A stretch of DNA of 64,000 bases, from the NCBI RefSeq assembly GCF_009914755.1, contig NC_060930.1; one strand, given 5' to 3'. The notes under the pieces are model-generated. The model saw only the letters and a list, made by a program, of their open reading frames with translations, had not been told where the DNA came from and made no database searches. The translations under genes were made by a program, and so were the position numbers. This document shows, piece after piece, positions 13,779 through 27,699 of the stretch (positions are counted from its first letter, which is position 1; each line of letters opens with the position of its first letter). This DNA comes from the human T2T-CHM13v2.0 reference genome, Homo sapiens.

Positions 13779-14087
13779 GCTGGTGGCAGTGGCTCAGGTC
13801 TGTAATCCCAGTGCTTTGGGGGGCCAAGGTGGTCAGATGAGCCTAGGAGCTTGAGACCATCCCAGACAAGATGGTGAAACCCCGTCCTTACAAAAAATAG
13901 AAAAATAAGCTGGGCATGGTGGCATGTGCCTGTAGTCTCAGCTACTCAGGAGGCTGACGACGGAGAATGATTTGAGCCCAGGGTTGGGGGGGTGCTGAGG
14001 CTGCAGTGAGCCATGATGGCGCCACTGCACTCGAGATGGGGAGACGGATTGAGACTCTGTTTCCAAAAAAAAAAAAAAAAAAAAAAA
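13779..14087 (+). mobile_element. Alu (AluJ-like)
   Basis: Diverged dimer; TSD aaaag(c/t)gacaatctc. Confidence 0.92.
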
Positions 14088-14884
14088 GTGACAATCTCAC
14101 ATTTGAGGCTTCCTCATTTGCTCTCTCCTCTTTCTGGGTCTCCCCGCTGTCTATACCCTATCTCACAATCTTAATCATTTGCTCTGGTAACAAGAAGAAC
14201 CCATAGTTTTAAACCGGTTTGTGACAGTTGAAAGAAACTGACATATAAATCACATTGCTTGGATGAAGTGATACTATTTGGTGATGACGGTGGTAAACAG
14301 TAGTAAAAAATGATTTGTTTTCACAGGTAGAGAAGGAGCTCAGAGAATGAAAGGATTAAACCAAATTCAAAAGACGCAGAAATTTGATAAGTAAATGAAA
14401 GTGAATGCCATCAGCAAAAATGTTGCTTATTACTTACAAACATTATAATTCTAGGCAACAACAAGGCTTTAACTTAGAATGTGGCATATCTTTTGACATG
14501 AGGACTGAATTTTTATAATTTCTGCTATACCTGAGGCTAGAAATACTTCCCAGGAATACATTTTCTTTTTAAAGTATTACAAATGGTTGTCATTCAAGAA
14601 CTAAATGGCATTGTTTTAAAAAATTAGAAAACTATGGGCAATATATTACAGTAAAGTCATATTGAGAACAATGCTCATGAGCACTAATCAAATAGATTAC
14701 AGCATATATAAATAATATACAAATATAGCTCTCGAATGCAGTAAGAAAACAAAAATTAGTGTTATAATACTTGACTGAATTATCAAGGCTTCCTTGTTGA
14801 GTTTTTGAACAAAGAATCAATTTAAGTTAATTAAGGTAACATAGCCAAAAATAATGAATTAGTCCATTACTTAAGAAAAATCTT

Positions 14885-15181
14885 GGTTGGGTATGGTGGC
14901 TCATGCCCGGGGTGGGGGGGGGGTGGGGGGTGGGGCATCACCTGAGGTCAGGGGTTCGAGACCAGCCCGGCCAACATGGCGAAACTCCGTCTCTACTAAA
15001 AATACAAAAATTACCCAGGCGTGGTGGCAGGTACCTGTAATCTCAGCTACTCAGGGGGCTGAGGCAGGAGAATCGCTTGAATCCAGGAGGTAGAGGTTGC
15101 AGTGAATTGAGATCGAGCCACTGCACTCCCAGCTTGGGTGACAGAGCGAGATTCCGTCTCAGAAAAAAAAAAAAAAAAAAA
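14885..15181 (+). mobile_element. Alu (AluS-like) with a G-run replacing part of the left arm
   Basis: Alu body and A tail; TSD-like aaaatctt. Confidence 0.93.
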
Positions 15182-15723
15182 GGAAAATCTTTGCCCCTCC
15201 AGTCTCCAAACAGAAATTTTTAAAAGGGGCCCCTTTTACCTTTCATTAGTTTCAAAATAAGACAAATCATTAGGTTCTCTGCAAAGTAACAGCTATAGCT
15301 TTCTCTGCTTATATTCTGTCCTTAACCAAGTAGGCAATCTTCATCAAGATAAAAGGGTTTAAACTGATTTTTAAAAAGAAATTCTAATTTCCTAGGAAAA
15401 GGAAGTTAAAGTAATACAGTTACATCACAACAGAAACAAATAATCATCAGAAATGTCCCAAACTCTTTACTGTCATGTAACAATCTGCTTAAATCCTATG
15501 AACCTGAATTTTACGGCGGTTAAGAGGCATCCTATTACAGAACACAAAAATGTTAAAAGAAGAGCTTTTTAAATTTTTTTTTGCTTTGAATTACAACTTT
15601 TAACTTAGGCTACTAGATTCTTATTTACGTATTACCTATAGTGAATCTTTATTCTTCCTTTCTTTTATAATAAAGAGAAGGTCTGAATTGGCTTTCAATT
15701 CTAGAAAAGGAAAAGAAAAAGAG

Positions 15724-15729
15724 GTGTGT

Positions 15730-15782
<53 letters not shown>
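15724..15782. repeat. (TG)n microsatellite
   Basis: About 59 bp of TG with one interruption. Confidence 0.98.
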
Positions 15783-15783
<1 letters not shown>

Positions 15784-15939
15784 CGGGGCTGGGCCTGGTC
15801 AGGGATTAAGGATATGATTCAGCAAGAACTCTAAGAGGTGAACCTTGAGACAAGTCTGACCAAATCACACAGATTTAACAGCCCTGACAACAGTTTTAAC
15901 AATATCTTCAAACTTCTCAGAAATAGGACCTTTCACATA

Positions 15940-15940
<1 letters not shown>

Positions 15941-15970
<30 letters not shown>
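15941..15970. repeat. (CA)15 microsatellite
   Basis: Seen directly. Confidence 0.98.
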
Positions 15971-15971
<1 letters not shown>

Positions 15972-15972
<1 letters not shown>

Positions 15973-16260
15973 TAATAATAATAGCAGCAGCAAACACTTA
16001 TATTGTGGTTTATACATTGCTTTCTATATGTCAGAAACTGTTCTACATGTTTTACTATATATTAACTAAATTAATTCACAATGCTAAGAGGAGGGTACTA
16101 CAATTATCCTGATTTTACAGATGGGGAATGAGGCACAGAGAGAAATCAAGTAACTTGTCTAAGGTACCATACCTGGTAGGTGGCAGAACCATGACAGAGC
16201 CAGGATTTGATCCCAGGCCAACAGGCTCTAGAGTCTACATACACTTTTAAACATTATGCT
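15972..16260 (-). mobile_element. MIR
   Basis: ttttacagatggggaatgaggcacagag...aagtaacttgtctaagg...caggatttgatcccagg. Confidence 0.85.
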
Positions 16261-16319
16261 ATGTAGTGATGCTCCATCTGCTTCCTTTGTACAAAACCAT
16301 TTGCTACATCAAATTAGAA

Positions 16320-16520
16320 CAGTTGGCTTTAGAACCAGACAAGCCTAGGTCTGAAAAAGTCTTCTGTTATTTACTAGCTGTGAGTGTGACTCTAAGGCTA
16401 TGACCTCTTGTATAAAATGAGGGTAACAATGTCTACTTTTCATAGTCATTGTATGGAAGAGACAACATAGGTCAAAGTACATAACACTGTGGAAGCACAT
16501 GGTTGGTGATCAAGTAATCA
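16320..16520 (+). mobile_element. MIR
   Basis: ggctttagaaccagacaagcctaggt...tttactagctgtg...tataaaatgagggtaacaat. Confidence 0.7.
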
Positions 16521-17289
16521 GTAAATTACATTTTCTTTCCTTGTTACTTTTTTGTGATCTTATTTTTTTCTCAACTCTTAACATTTTCTTTCTTCTACTC
16601 TCTTTCTCCTTGTAACTCTCAAAAAGTCTTCCCCACTCTACTAGCATATATAATCTCCTATGTTATTTAGTTTTCTACCTCCTCAAATAACAAAAGTTAA
16701 GGAATTCTTCCCACCCCCTAATCATTATTATCATTATCTCAATGATAATCATGAAAACACCCCTTTCAGAATGCATTACTGAAAAGGTCAGGAAAAGAAG
16801 CTGTAATGAACTGGGTGACAAAAATTAAGAGAGCATTCAGAAAAGCACATCTTCTGGCCATTAATTTTCACATAAGTCAGTGGTTAACAATCTGGAGGAT
16901 AGACTAACAGCTTGAGTAAATTAAATAACTGTTTCCAAAACACCATTTCTTTAAATTCACTTCGTTAACACTCTTAAAAAAACAGTACTGAAATAAGTGG
17001 ATAATGCCTACAGCTCAAAATTTAGCTCACAACCAAAAGAGAATATGAAATTTTGCTCCAGAGCAAATAAAAAACAAACAAACAAACAAAAAACATGGGA
17101 TTCTAAACTTACAGAGACAATATGTTTCATGTAGCACAGGTCATATTTCATCTGGAACACTCTAATTTTTTCTCAGTGCTTCTCTTAAGGGACACTGACA
17201 AGCTGTGGCATAACCAGAAAATGGTGAAATCACATACCACCACATCTAGGAAGGCTAGCTTAGAAAATGGTAAGGTTGGTGTTCTCAAA

Positions 17290-17720
17290 CGTATTCAGCC
17301 AAGAGTGTACTGAATGCTCACTGCATGCCAGGCTTGGTGCTAAACAGACAGTGGAGAATATGATGAGGAGCACTGTTAAGATGTGGCCTCCCTTCTTGTG
17401 TATAGTAGTCTGGATTTAAAAATCACAATAAAATGTGGCAGGAATTGTTTCAGGGGATGAATAAGGGTTGTGGCAGCATGTAGAAGAAGCAACTAACACA
17501 ATTCAGGGGATGTCAAAGAGACTTCCGTGAGATCTAAAGGATGAGTGAGAGGGAAGTAGCCAGGGGATCTGGGGCAGGGACGAAAAAGTGTTCTGAAGAG
17601 AGAAACAGTATGTGTGGAGGTCCGAAGGAAAGAGAGGAGGACACAGTTGTTTCTAGAGCCAGTGTGGCAGGAACACAGTACGTAAAGGAAGAACTGAGAG
17701 AAATAAATCTGGAGGGGCAC
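17290..17720 (-). mobile_element. L2 fragment
   Basis: tactgaatgctcactgcatgccaggc... followed by purine-rich L2 antisense body. Confidence 0.65.
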
Positions 17721-17785
17721 AGGAGAGTTGTCTGTTCTTTTAAAAGGGTTCCCTATGTAGAGGAGATAGATCTAGTAAGTATTAA

Positions 17786-17916
17786 TTTTTTTTTTCTTTT
17801 AGAGACAGGGTCTTGCTATATTGACCAGGCTACTTTTGAACTCTTGGCCTCAAGTGATCTTCTGGCCTGGCATCCCTAAGTGCTGGGATTACAGGGGCGA
17901 ACCACTGAGCCAGGCC
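17786..17916 (-). mobile_element. FLAM / Alu monomer
   Basis: Left-arm monomer; TSD gtaagtatta. Confidence 0.9.
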
Positions 17917-17959
17917 GTAAGTATTACTTTAGAGACTGATGCTAATGGACACAAACTAT

Positions 17960-18130
17960 AGCAGGCCAATTCTGGCTCAAAGAAATAAAAAACAGAGCAA
18001 CCTCTGGTAATGCTGAGCTGCTTGTTACTAGAGATGTTTAAGAAGCTGCACGGACTCTGACATAACACATTAGACAGAAGCCTGGAATATGTGACATCTG
18101 AGGTTGTTTTCTTACTCTGTGATTCTATAT
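17960..18130 (+). mobile_element. L3/CR1-like 3' end
   Basis: tactagagatgtttaag...gacatctgaggttgttttcttactctgtgattctat resembles the CR1 terminus. Confidence 0.5.
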
Positions 18131-18296
18131 GGCCTCACTTTACTACATTTAATTATCTAATACTCCACAATATATACAAAAATTGAAAAAGCCTTGTCAT
18201 TAAAGTGTCATAAATGAAAGCAGTATTTAGTATTTTATAATCTTTATCATTAAAGTTCTACAGAATTGGGTTTTCTTAGCTAATGAACAAAAACAT

Positions 18297-19000
18297 CATT
18301 TGTTCATTCATTCATTCAATTAATAAGACTGGACACCTTCTATACATCAAGCATTGTGCTAGGCATGGATGCAATGGTGAGCAAAACCAGGCATGGAGCT
18401 TGCAGAGCTTATGGTCTAATGGAAGAGACTGGTAATAAAAAACGAATCATGAGGACGTGTAAAACTACACTGGTAATAGATGCTACAAGGGAAAAAGAGC
18501 AAGAGTGCCATGAGAGCTTGGAATAGAGAAAGTAACTTTGCAGGAAAGTCAGTCTTCCTTGAGGAAGTGATGACTGAGTTGATATCCAAAGGAAAAAAAG
18601 GGGGAGTGGGAAGGAAACAGGTAAGGGGGGTATATTTGCAGCACAAGGAGGGGCATATGCCAGGCTGAGAGCACTGTATGAAATGAAACTGGTGGCAGAC
18701 AGGAACTACACCACCCAGGATGAACAGACCATAAGAGGTTTGCTCTTTATCCAAAGAGCAATTCAAAGGTGCTGTGGTATTTTATTAAGCAGCCAGTGAC
18801 ATAATCAGATATTTCAGAAAACAAAACAAAACAAAATCATTTATCATCAGTGTAGAAAATGACTTGTGTAGACAAGAGAGGAGGAAACCAAGGGAGTATG
18901 AGGAACCCAATTAGGAAACTTTTGTAATAGTCAATAAAAAAAAAAAAAAGAGGGTAGCTTGATGGACAAACTAGAGATGTACCAAACCTAAAATAATGTT
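18297..19000 (-). mobile_element. L2
   Basis: cattcattcattcaa...caagcattgtgctagg...ttccttgaggaagtgatg. Confidence 0.8.
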
Positions 19001-19559
19001 GATTCAACTCAAAAAGATGTTGCATACTACATAGTCCTGGAAAATTAGCTAATATAGGCATATCACTAATTTTAAATAATATTATTCTAAATATGTTTGT
19101 AAGTTGAATTTTAGGTGGGGAGATCTTGGCCTCCTTTAAAGTTCTTCTCTAGATCTATAATAGATAAAGAGTAAACACTAATAACACTAATATTCTAAAA
19201 GCTAAACAATTTCATGGGAATAAGGATTGAGTAGGTAAAACTTTGGGCAAGTCAGCTCTGTCTTCTCCATTGTACTTTAGATGGCTGACTGCAGTTCTCA
19301 CTGCATCATATCCTTCCACAGCTACTAACAAATTTACATTCCTTCATCCAATCCTGTATTAGATCCTCAAACCACCACTGTGGTACTTTTCTATTTATCC
19401 TCTTAAATTCCACTTCAACACGTATGAAGGGTATACAAAGAAATACGAGCTGTAAGAAAAGAGCTATAATAGTAGATTCAAAGTATGGTTAAATTGAATA
19501 ATACAAGGAACAGATAACAAAGAAAAGTTACAAGCAGCTATCAGTGCACAACTAGTTGC

Positions 19560-20500
19560 TAGAGGTGTCCCTCACAGTAGAGGCAGCATTCAGATTGAGC
19601 CTGAAAGATGGTCAAATTTCCCTGAGTAGGGAACAGAAGTAGGAGACGGGACTGGAATGGAGTCATGGGAATAGAAAGAAGGGTATTTTAGGAGAAAGAA
19701 ATAGATAAGCAGTGACAAGAAGGTGGAAGAACACAGAACCAGTTCAGGAGCTGTGGGGCTACCCATTTGGGCAATGTGTGAAGGTAAAACAAGTCCAGGA
19801 AAACAGACAACCTAAAGAGTGAAGGGCCTTGAAAGTCAGGTTTAGAGTCTGGACTTAATTCTGCAGGAAATCTGGAGGCATAAGTGGTTTGTCTGCAAGG
19901 GAGAAATGTAATTAGAGCTAAAGACTAAAACTGTTACTCTGAGCCTAATCCTGTTACTCTGGCAGGTGCTATGTTGTGTACGGTGGAAAGGAGAAGGAAG
20001 ATCAGTTAGGAGGAGCCTCTTCTAGTAGTCCAGATGGGAGATAATGAGGGCCTAAATGAGGGTAGTGGCAATAGGGATGGGGAAGAAAAGCTGAATGATG
20101 GCAGTAGCATGGAGGTGGAAAAGGCTAGTGTGGCCAACTGGAGGGATGAAGGAGACATTGGGGAGGGATCAGAAAGCAAAGGAATGTAAGATTCCAACCT
20201 GTTTGCTGGAGGTGATAATGCTACCGTTAGTAGAGATTGGAAAGAAGGAGGAGAACTAATGAGGAATGAATGAGTTCAGTTTTGGACATGTTAACTTTGA
20301 ATGCAAGAAGGACTTCCAGATGGTGATGCCAAGCAGGCAGCTGGAAATGCTGTGCCTATAGAGTTGGGAAGCATCTTCATAGAAGCGATGGCTGAAGCTG
20401 TAGGAACTGACAGATGAGCTTTTAGGTGAGAGAGAAAAGAAAAGAAGAGAAGGGAAGGGAATCTTGGAGAATTCCTACACTTAAAGGAATGAGATGAGTA
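19560..20500 (-). mobile_element. L2
   Basis: tagtagtccagatgggagataatgagggcc...gagttcagttttggacatgtt...gcaggcagctggaaat. Confidence 0.8.
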
Positions 20501-20714
20501 ACCAACATGAAGAAATATGTTCTAGCTACAAACAAATAAAAGGCCTCCACAGACATGGATAATGAAGTATGTATACACACGCACAATGGAGGCAGAGAAC
20601 TACAACAGTACAATGCACAGAAACCAGGGCCAGTAGTTGTAAGCTTCTTCCATGGGCTTTCATGGACTTACTATAAACCTCTAGTTTGGCACTTAACACA
20701 CTGAGTAATAAAAA

Positions 20715-20960
20715 TGGTAACAATATAACAACAACTATAATATACTATAATGCCAGGCATCTGCTGTTTTACATGCATATGCTCTAATTCTCACAAAAAC
20801 CATGCAAGGTAACTAGTAATATCCCTTTACAAATGAGGAAAATTAGCATGGAGGCTCAAAAAAGTTCAATAATTACTACTCACAATAGTCAATTAGTAAC
20901 AGAGGTGCCAAAATTTAAACATAATTGGACTCCAATGCCCGGGCTTGCTTATGCTTTGAG
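20715..20960 (-). mobile_element. MIR
   Basis: ccctttacaaatgaggaaaattag...gactccaatgcc. Confidence 0.7.
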
Positions 20961-21861
20961 GCCTTGGTATTTAATTATTTGTTCACAGGACTCCCTGGCA
21001 AGGTTGTGAGACCCTTGAAGGTACTCAGTCCTCTTTGGATGCCCTGCACCCAGCAGAGCAACTGACACAGAATAGTTCTAAAAAAAAAAAAAAAATTAAA
21101 GATGAGAGAATGAATAGCTTCAAGGAGTAGGCCAGCCAACTCTCCATCTTACACATCTCCCCAAAACAGACCTACTACTATTCTCAACTTTCCTCATTTC
21201 TCTTCCTGTTATCAATTTGCCACATCCAACCATTCAGCTCTGACTGGTTCCTCTTCCTCTTGAGTTCCTTTTCCTAAATTGTAGTAAGTTCTTTGAAAGT
21301 GACAGGCACACACAAGAAAAGCCCCAACACATTCTAAAAAACATGCTGAGATTTGTTATTTTGACGTTGTATTTTAAAAATTACTGTATATAAAATGTAT
21401 GCCGTATCAAAGGGTCTATTTAAGTTTTAGAGAAAACTCAACATATTAATTATATATTTAATACAAATATTTATGTGTTTTGTTTCTTCATTTAGGAGAA
21501 CTGACTGAATTGACTGCTGCATCAGTGCTTGGGAAAGAAAGCTGCCCTCACTCTGAAAAGAAGATAAGTGTACTTCCAGACAGAGAGTTGAGGTGGAAAG
21601 ACAGAATTGGGGCATAAAAGAAAAATTTTGAGATTTATGAATAAGAGTTCAAAATTCTAAATTCTATCAGCAATCCAAATTACAATCTTTTGATAAATTT
21701 ATAATCAAATATTAAGGAAACAACTTCACCACCACCAAGGGACCATCATCCTTGAGTAAGCTCAAAATACCCCAAAGTAAAACTGAGTGGGAAAGAATCA
21801 CCTTGAGGGCAAGGAACCCCTTTCAATGTTAAAACCTAGAGATATAGAGTGAGTGGTACGA

Positions 21862-22002
21862 TTTTATTTTTATTTTTTTAATTTATTTCTTTTTTAATGG
21901 AGATGGCAATGTTGCCCAGGCTGGTCTCAAACTCCTGGGCTTAAGTGATCCTCTCGCCTTGGCCTTCCAAAGTGCTGGGAAAGTGAGCCACCACACCAGG
22001 TC
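21862..22002 (-). mobile_element. FLAM / Alu monomer
   Basis: gttgcccaggctggtctcaaactcctgggc...gagccaccacacc. Confidence 0.85.
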
Positions 22003-22199
22003 TTACTATTTTATTACCCCACTTTCCATAAATCCAGTTCCAGTAAGTCTATCCAAAAAATGTAAGCACAAAAGATGGATGTCAAATTCTAACATACATG
22101 AAGTGGGTTGATTGGTAAGATTCCTATTAATGCTTATGACTGTGACCCCTAGTTAAATTTTTTTTTTCATTTAGATACAGACAACTGAAACAAAAGAAT

Positions 22200-22350
22200 T
22201 GACTATAATGTGCACAGTTTCTGCCAAAGAACTACAGGAATACTCTAATCTTTTCTACTCCTTTTTAAAATGCTGACTGCAACCTGCTAAATTGATTTGT
22301 GACCCACCAACAAGGTGCAACTGTAGTTTTTTTGAAAAACAGTGTTTTAA
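22200..22350. mobile_element. hAT-Charlie DNA transposon relic (MER58-like)
   Basis: ctaaattgatttgtgacccacc...gtagttttttgaaaaacagtg. Confidence 0.5.
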
Positions 22351-25309
22351 GTTACAGTATATGATGTATTAGTTAAAAGAACTGAAAACATAATGTAAAA
22401 TTAAACAGGAATAGAATCATCACTTTTTAAAAGCAGAAAATCTGTCCACACACTAGCACAAATTTAGTGTTGCAACAAAACATTAACGTTTACTTAATGA
22501 CATGGGAAAATACTAAAAATGTTAAATAAAAGAATACAAAATTGTATACATCATATGATCTCAATTATGCTTCAAAATATGCATACATATATACATATAA
22601 ATGAGGCCAAGGACAAAAACTAGAAATAAATATGTCAAAAGGTTAACATTTTAAACCTGGTGTCATTGTATAGGTGTTCAATACACAAAGTATTCTTGCA
22701 TTTTTCTGTGTGCTTGAAATAGTGTTTAAAAATGAAAAGAAAAACAGGATAAGAAAAAAATACTACCAAACGGTAACAAGTGTTATCCAACAAATTTCTT
22801 GATTAAGGGTGACCTATTTCTTAAGTTGCACACAAGAGCACAGATATCTTTTTAAGACTGGAGAAAAAAACACTGTATTTTAAAAACAACAGAATTCTAA
22901 GAAGACAAATGACTTAGTATATTATAGTTGTGTTTCTAACTTGAAGAAAAAAAATTAAGTGACATTTAATGAACTCCAGAGCCCTATGGTATAGGGACCC
23001 TTTTGGGTCCTACTACTTCACTTTTAATTTCTCTGAGATTTAGACACAGGACCAAAGTTTAAATGGTATCAATGAAATGATGTTAAAAACATAAATATAA
23101 TTAGCAATTTGATGACAGCAATATTACTCAGTTATAAAAGAAAAAAACACTCCATGAAAATTATTTTTTTAAAGAATTGTAATTTTAGAGAGACTAAAAA
23201 TAGTCTGCATGTCACAGATTTTTATATAAAATTAGCAGAAGAACTGGAGGTTAATTTCCATGGAAAAAATGACCCAAAATGTATTATTACTGCCATATCT
23301 ATTCTAAGACTAAACTGTCCCAGACTTGAAACAACTTTAGGGCCTGAGGTGACCAGCCTTTAGAATACAGGAGCTGTGGCAGTCATTGATATGGCTCGAG
23401 GGCCACACACACATCCCACCTGCATTAAATCCTCGAGGGACAGCAGGGCCAAGAACTGCCTCACCAAAGCCCTCCCAAAGCTTCAATTAGGTTTGATGAG
23501 CATGTGGCAGAAGACAGGTGCCTGGAAGGAAAGGAAGGAAGAGAGAAGAGAAAGTAGAATGGGGGTAGGGTGCAGGGGTTGTTGAGCAGGGACTAAATCA
23601 AGCCAGGAACTTTTCAGAAATGGTTACTGACCACCAGTTGTATACTGAAATATAACTGAAATTAAAAAGAAGTATAAAATGTCGTGATCAATCATGTTTG
23701 CAGCAAGATGTGGCTAGTCACCCTGGAATTAAATATACCACTGGAAAAACAACAACAAAGATTTCCCCACTGAAATGGTAACTAAAGATTTAAAAATACT
23801 AATGGAAAATAGGGCCATTTAAAAAGTAATATTTAGTCACACTGAAAACTCTCAAAATAATCTCATACAATAATTTTTACATCTAAGCCCCTTGGGTTCA
23901 CATTTTAAAAATCAATTTAGTGTTGAAGCAAGGGGGTAGAAAAATTGAGTGTAGGAATACAGGCATCATTACACTACACAACACACAAGACTCACACCAC
24001 CACTCAAGCAATGACACTGGCTAAGAGCTAATGTGCTGTGAATTACACCTCCCACTACCACAGCCCGTCTGTGCAGAGAATAAATCAACCGAATGTGAAT
24101 GAGTATTCCCTTAGTACTCAGTGCTTTCCTCAACTTGCAGTTCCAGTTTCAATAGAATCTGCCATTCAAATGCAAGAGAACTACTCACTTTAATAGTCTA
24201 TAATTTTTTATGGTTTTACTCATCTAGTATGTAGGCCTGTTTTTACCAAAAAGAATGTTTCAATGTAAGTAATCAATATTTAGTGTATGGAGTATCAGTC
24301 CTATTAGCTAATAATGGAATCACATCAATTGTGCAAAAGTTAGAAGATTTGTACTTGAACAAGTGGAAAGAGATAAAGGTAGATGATTGTTCAACTGACA
24401 ATTACTCATAACATATTATGAAGAGGCTAAAGCCAAATGTAAAAAATACAACAGCAGATGGATGAAGCCAGTAAAAATCAGGAAGTTGGGGGAAATGATG
24501 AAATACTTTATAGAGTAACAGATAATACCTCAAGGGCAAATTAGGGGGGAGGGGGAAGAGCAAAGTGAAATACATCATAGATTTTTAGTAGGAAAAATAT
24601 GTTTAAAAATGAATGGAAAAACATTCAAAATGTAAAACTATATTATTGCAACATGATGGTTCAGAAGTTCAAAAATTTTAGGAAAATCTCGTTTATTTTT
24701 CCAGAATCAACATTGAATTCAAGGTAGAGGAGACCAAGACATGAGGAAATCGGAAGTGACAGTGATGGCGGGACACACATTTCATGTATTCATTTTCCAC
24801 AGAAAAATTTCCACCAGAGAAAAGATTCCATGACTGGCTGCCTAAGTTCAAACCTTAGCTCTCATAATCACAAATGTGCCACCCAATTAACATTAAGACC
24901 TTACAGATATTTAAAATGGCCACCAGCAGAGCTAGCGAAGAGGATTACTATAATAGTCGCATCTCTCAAATTATTTATGTCCATAGAAAAATATAATTTG
25001 ATTTTTAAAAGTTACACTTACATGGCACTTATTGAATAGAATGGCACCTAGTGAATGAAAAGATATGTACTTGGAATAAATTACATACAGGTTATTCTAG
25101 CCAATTAAGCCTCAGAGAACAGTATTTGCTCTATCCTAGCAGGAAGAAATCTCTCATTTACCAAATTGCCAGGAAGCTGCAGGGGCAACTGTTTCATTTA
25201 CCATGGTATCCTCAAGCTTTCTAAGGTGCCATCTCATCTAACCTGACAACTGTCCGTGAGGTGGTGGTTATCCCCATTTTGTTGATCAGGATACTGAGGC
25301 TCATAGGAA

Positions 25310-25505
25310 TAATTTATTTTTTCCATATCTATTATTTGATATACTACATATTTATAGCACATCATTTATTTTGATTATTCTTCTTCCTTGATTAGAATAT
25401 AATAATCATGTTATAGCATATTTACTTGTCTACAGTTATATCTCTGGTGCTTAGAATAGTGCCTGGCACACAGGACATTTAATAAATACTTGTTTAGTGA
25501 TTAAT
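25310..25505 (+). mobile_element. L2 3' end
   Basis: tagaatagtgcctggcacacaggacatttaataaatacttgtt. Confidence 0.7.
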
Positions 25506-26151
25506 AACACAACCTGCCTAAAATTATTTAATGTATATCCAATAAGCGAGAGACCTGGGGTCCAATTCAGGTGTCTATCTTTAAGGCCATGTTCCCCCAA
25601 ACTGGAAAGATAATGATTACAGCAGAATTAAAATATGAAAAGTAAAAAGGAACAATAAATTAGAATTAGAGTTTTAAAAGTGCCTTATAGGTAAAAACTG
25701 TGAAACATTTTAAAAAATATTTTTCTCCTGAACATTTCCTTGAATCTTCTCTTGCTTATAGGTCTGGTGTATTGATAGAGTTCGACCAGCAGAGGTGTGC
25801 AGGCTCCTGCTTTATAGGCATGTTCAACAAGGCTCCCAGGCAGCACACAACAGAGGGTTGGTGGCCCATGAACCAGGGATCAAGGGAAGCCCTGAGTAGC
25901 CCCCATTCCCACGGAGGCTGGGAAAAGTCTGCAGTACAGTGAAAGTGCTGTCCAGGTTAAAACAAAAACAAAACCTCACAGACTGCAGGAGTAGCCAGGG
26001 TCTACCCTACAGCCAAGGAGTGTTACATGGAAATGAGGACCTGCATGGGCCCAGCTTGCAGCATATGGCCCTGTGCCCTTCCGGTGGTCTGTGGCAGCTG
26101 ATCCTTTAAAATAGTCAACTTCCATACAATTCCCTAAAATTATATCTTCTT

Positions 26152-26454
26152 CTTTTTTTTTTTTTTTTTTTTGAGACGGAGTCTCGCTCTGTTGCCTAGG
26201 CTGGAGTGCAGTGGCGCGGTCTCAGCTCTCCACATCCCGGGTTCAAGCGATTCTCCCGATTCAAGCGATTCAAGCCTCAGCCTCCCGAATAGCTGGGATT
26301 ACAGGCGCCTGCCATCACGCCTGGCTAACTTTTTGTCTTTTCAGTAGAGATGGGGTTTCACAAAGTTGGCCAGGCTGAACTCCTGACCTCGTGATCTGCT
26401 CGCCTCGGCCTCCCAAAGTGCTGAGATTACAGGCGTGAGCCACTGCACCTAGCC
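26152..26454 (-). mobile_element. Alu (AluS-like) with internal micro-rearrangements
   Basis: Antisense dimer; TSD cctaaaattatatctt. Confidence 0.93.
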
Positions 26455-27074
26455 TCCTAAAATTATATCTTTTAGGGAAGGAGGAGCTTACGCTTTTCTT
26501 CGTTCTTTTCTGAACACCATGGGTTCTTTCCTTGATGTTGGGCAGAATGTGAATTTCTCATGAGAAATAGCTGACTGAATGGCTAATCAAAAGAAATAAT
26601 TTATATACATTATATGTTTTTATTTCCAGGAACATACTAAAGTAAGACAAGATATCTGTATTTGAAACCTAACAACCTATAGATTTTAACTGGCTTTTTG
26701 TTCCCATCTTAATGGCTATATGTTGTCCTAATTAATATTAAAACAATTAATTTTTAAAAGGTAAAAAAGAGTAAAGGACAACACTATAGCTATAAAGGAC
26801 TAGGAAATGTTGAAAATGTTATGGTCATCACCGGACTTCATCTCAGGATGCCATCCCCCACCCCCCACACAGTTTTCCTTCCTGAAAAGTTGCCAGGCAT
26901 GAGCTGAAAATGATAGCCTTTATTTCACTAAAAAAGTAATAGGAGATAAGTCATCGATCCCCTCCTACACCCCAAATAAGACAATGGAATTTCTGGATAT
27001 CTATCGGCCTATCTTTTCGACTGACTTTTTTTGGGGTTAAGGTGATGGGCAACAGGAGTGGCAGAGTAGAGAGT

Positions 27075-27275
27075 ATGCTAATGTTTTTATAGCATATACT
27101 ATGAGCTATGCACTTTCACATGCACACAACAACTCTGAAGAAGGTACTGTGGTCATCTCCATCTTATAGGTGAGGCTTAGAGACAGGTTAGCGTCTTGGC
27201 CAATGTCAAAAGCAAGTGAAAGAATCAGAATTCAAAATCAGGACAACTTGACTCCAAAGCTGCTACCTTAGTTAC
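27075..27275 (-). mobile_element. MIR
   Basis: acaactctgaagaaggtact...ccatcttataggtgagg...gactccaaagc. Confidence 0.7.
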
Positions 27276-27699
27276 TAAGTTATTTGTTGAAGTTCTTTGG
27301 TTCCCAGGAACCAATAATGTTGAGTCATTGCTATTACTCCAATGTGAAAGGGCTGATGGAACTCAGGAGTGAAACAAACAGGGTAAGTTTTGTTTATTAT
27401 TGGTACAGGCTAAAAAGCCTTTAAATAATCACTGGAATATTAAACTTAAATCAAACAGCTATGGTTAATAGTTTTAAACCCAAATAAAAAAATTAATATC
27501 TACATTTATTTCAATGTGTTGACCTGTAGCACAATGTTCACTTCATGTTTCTAAACTGAAATGTTTCCATCAGTACAAAGGCCATATTATAACAACAGAC
27601 AAATAATAAATAGTCCAAGCTTCTAAATACTGCTAATGGATACACCAGCGACTCAATGTTGGCCACTTTATCCCAGAAAGGTAAAAGTATCAAACTCAA

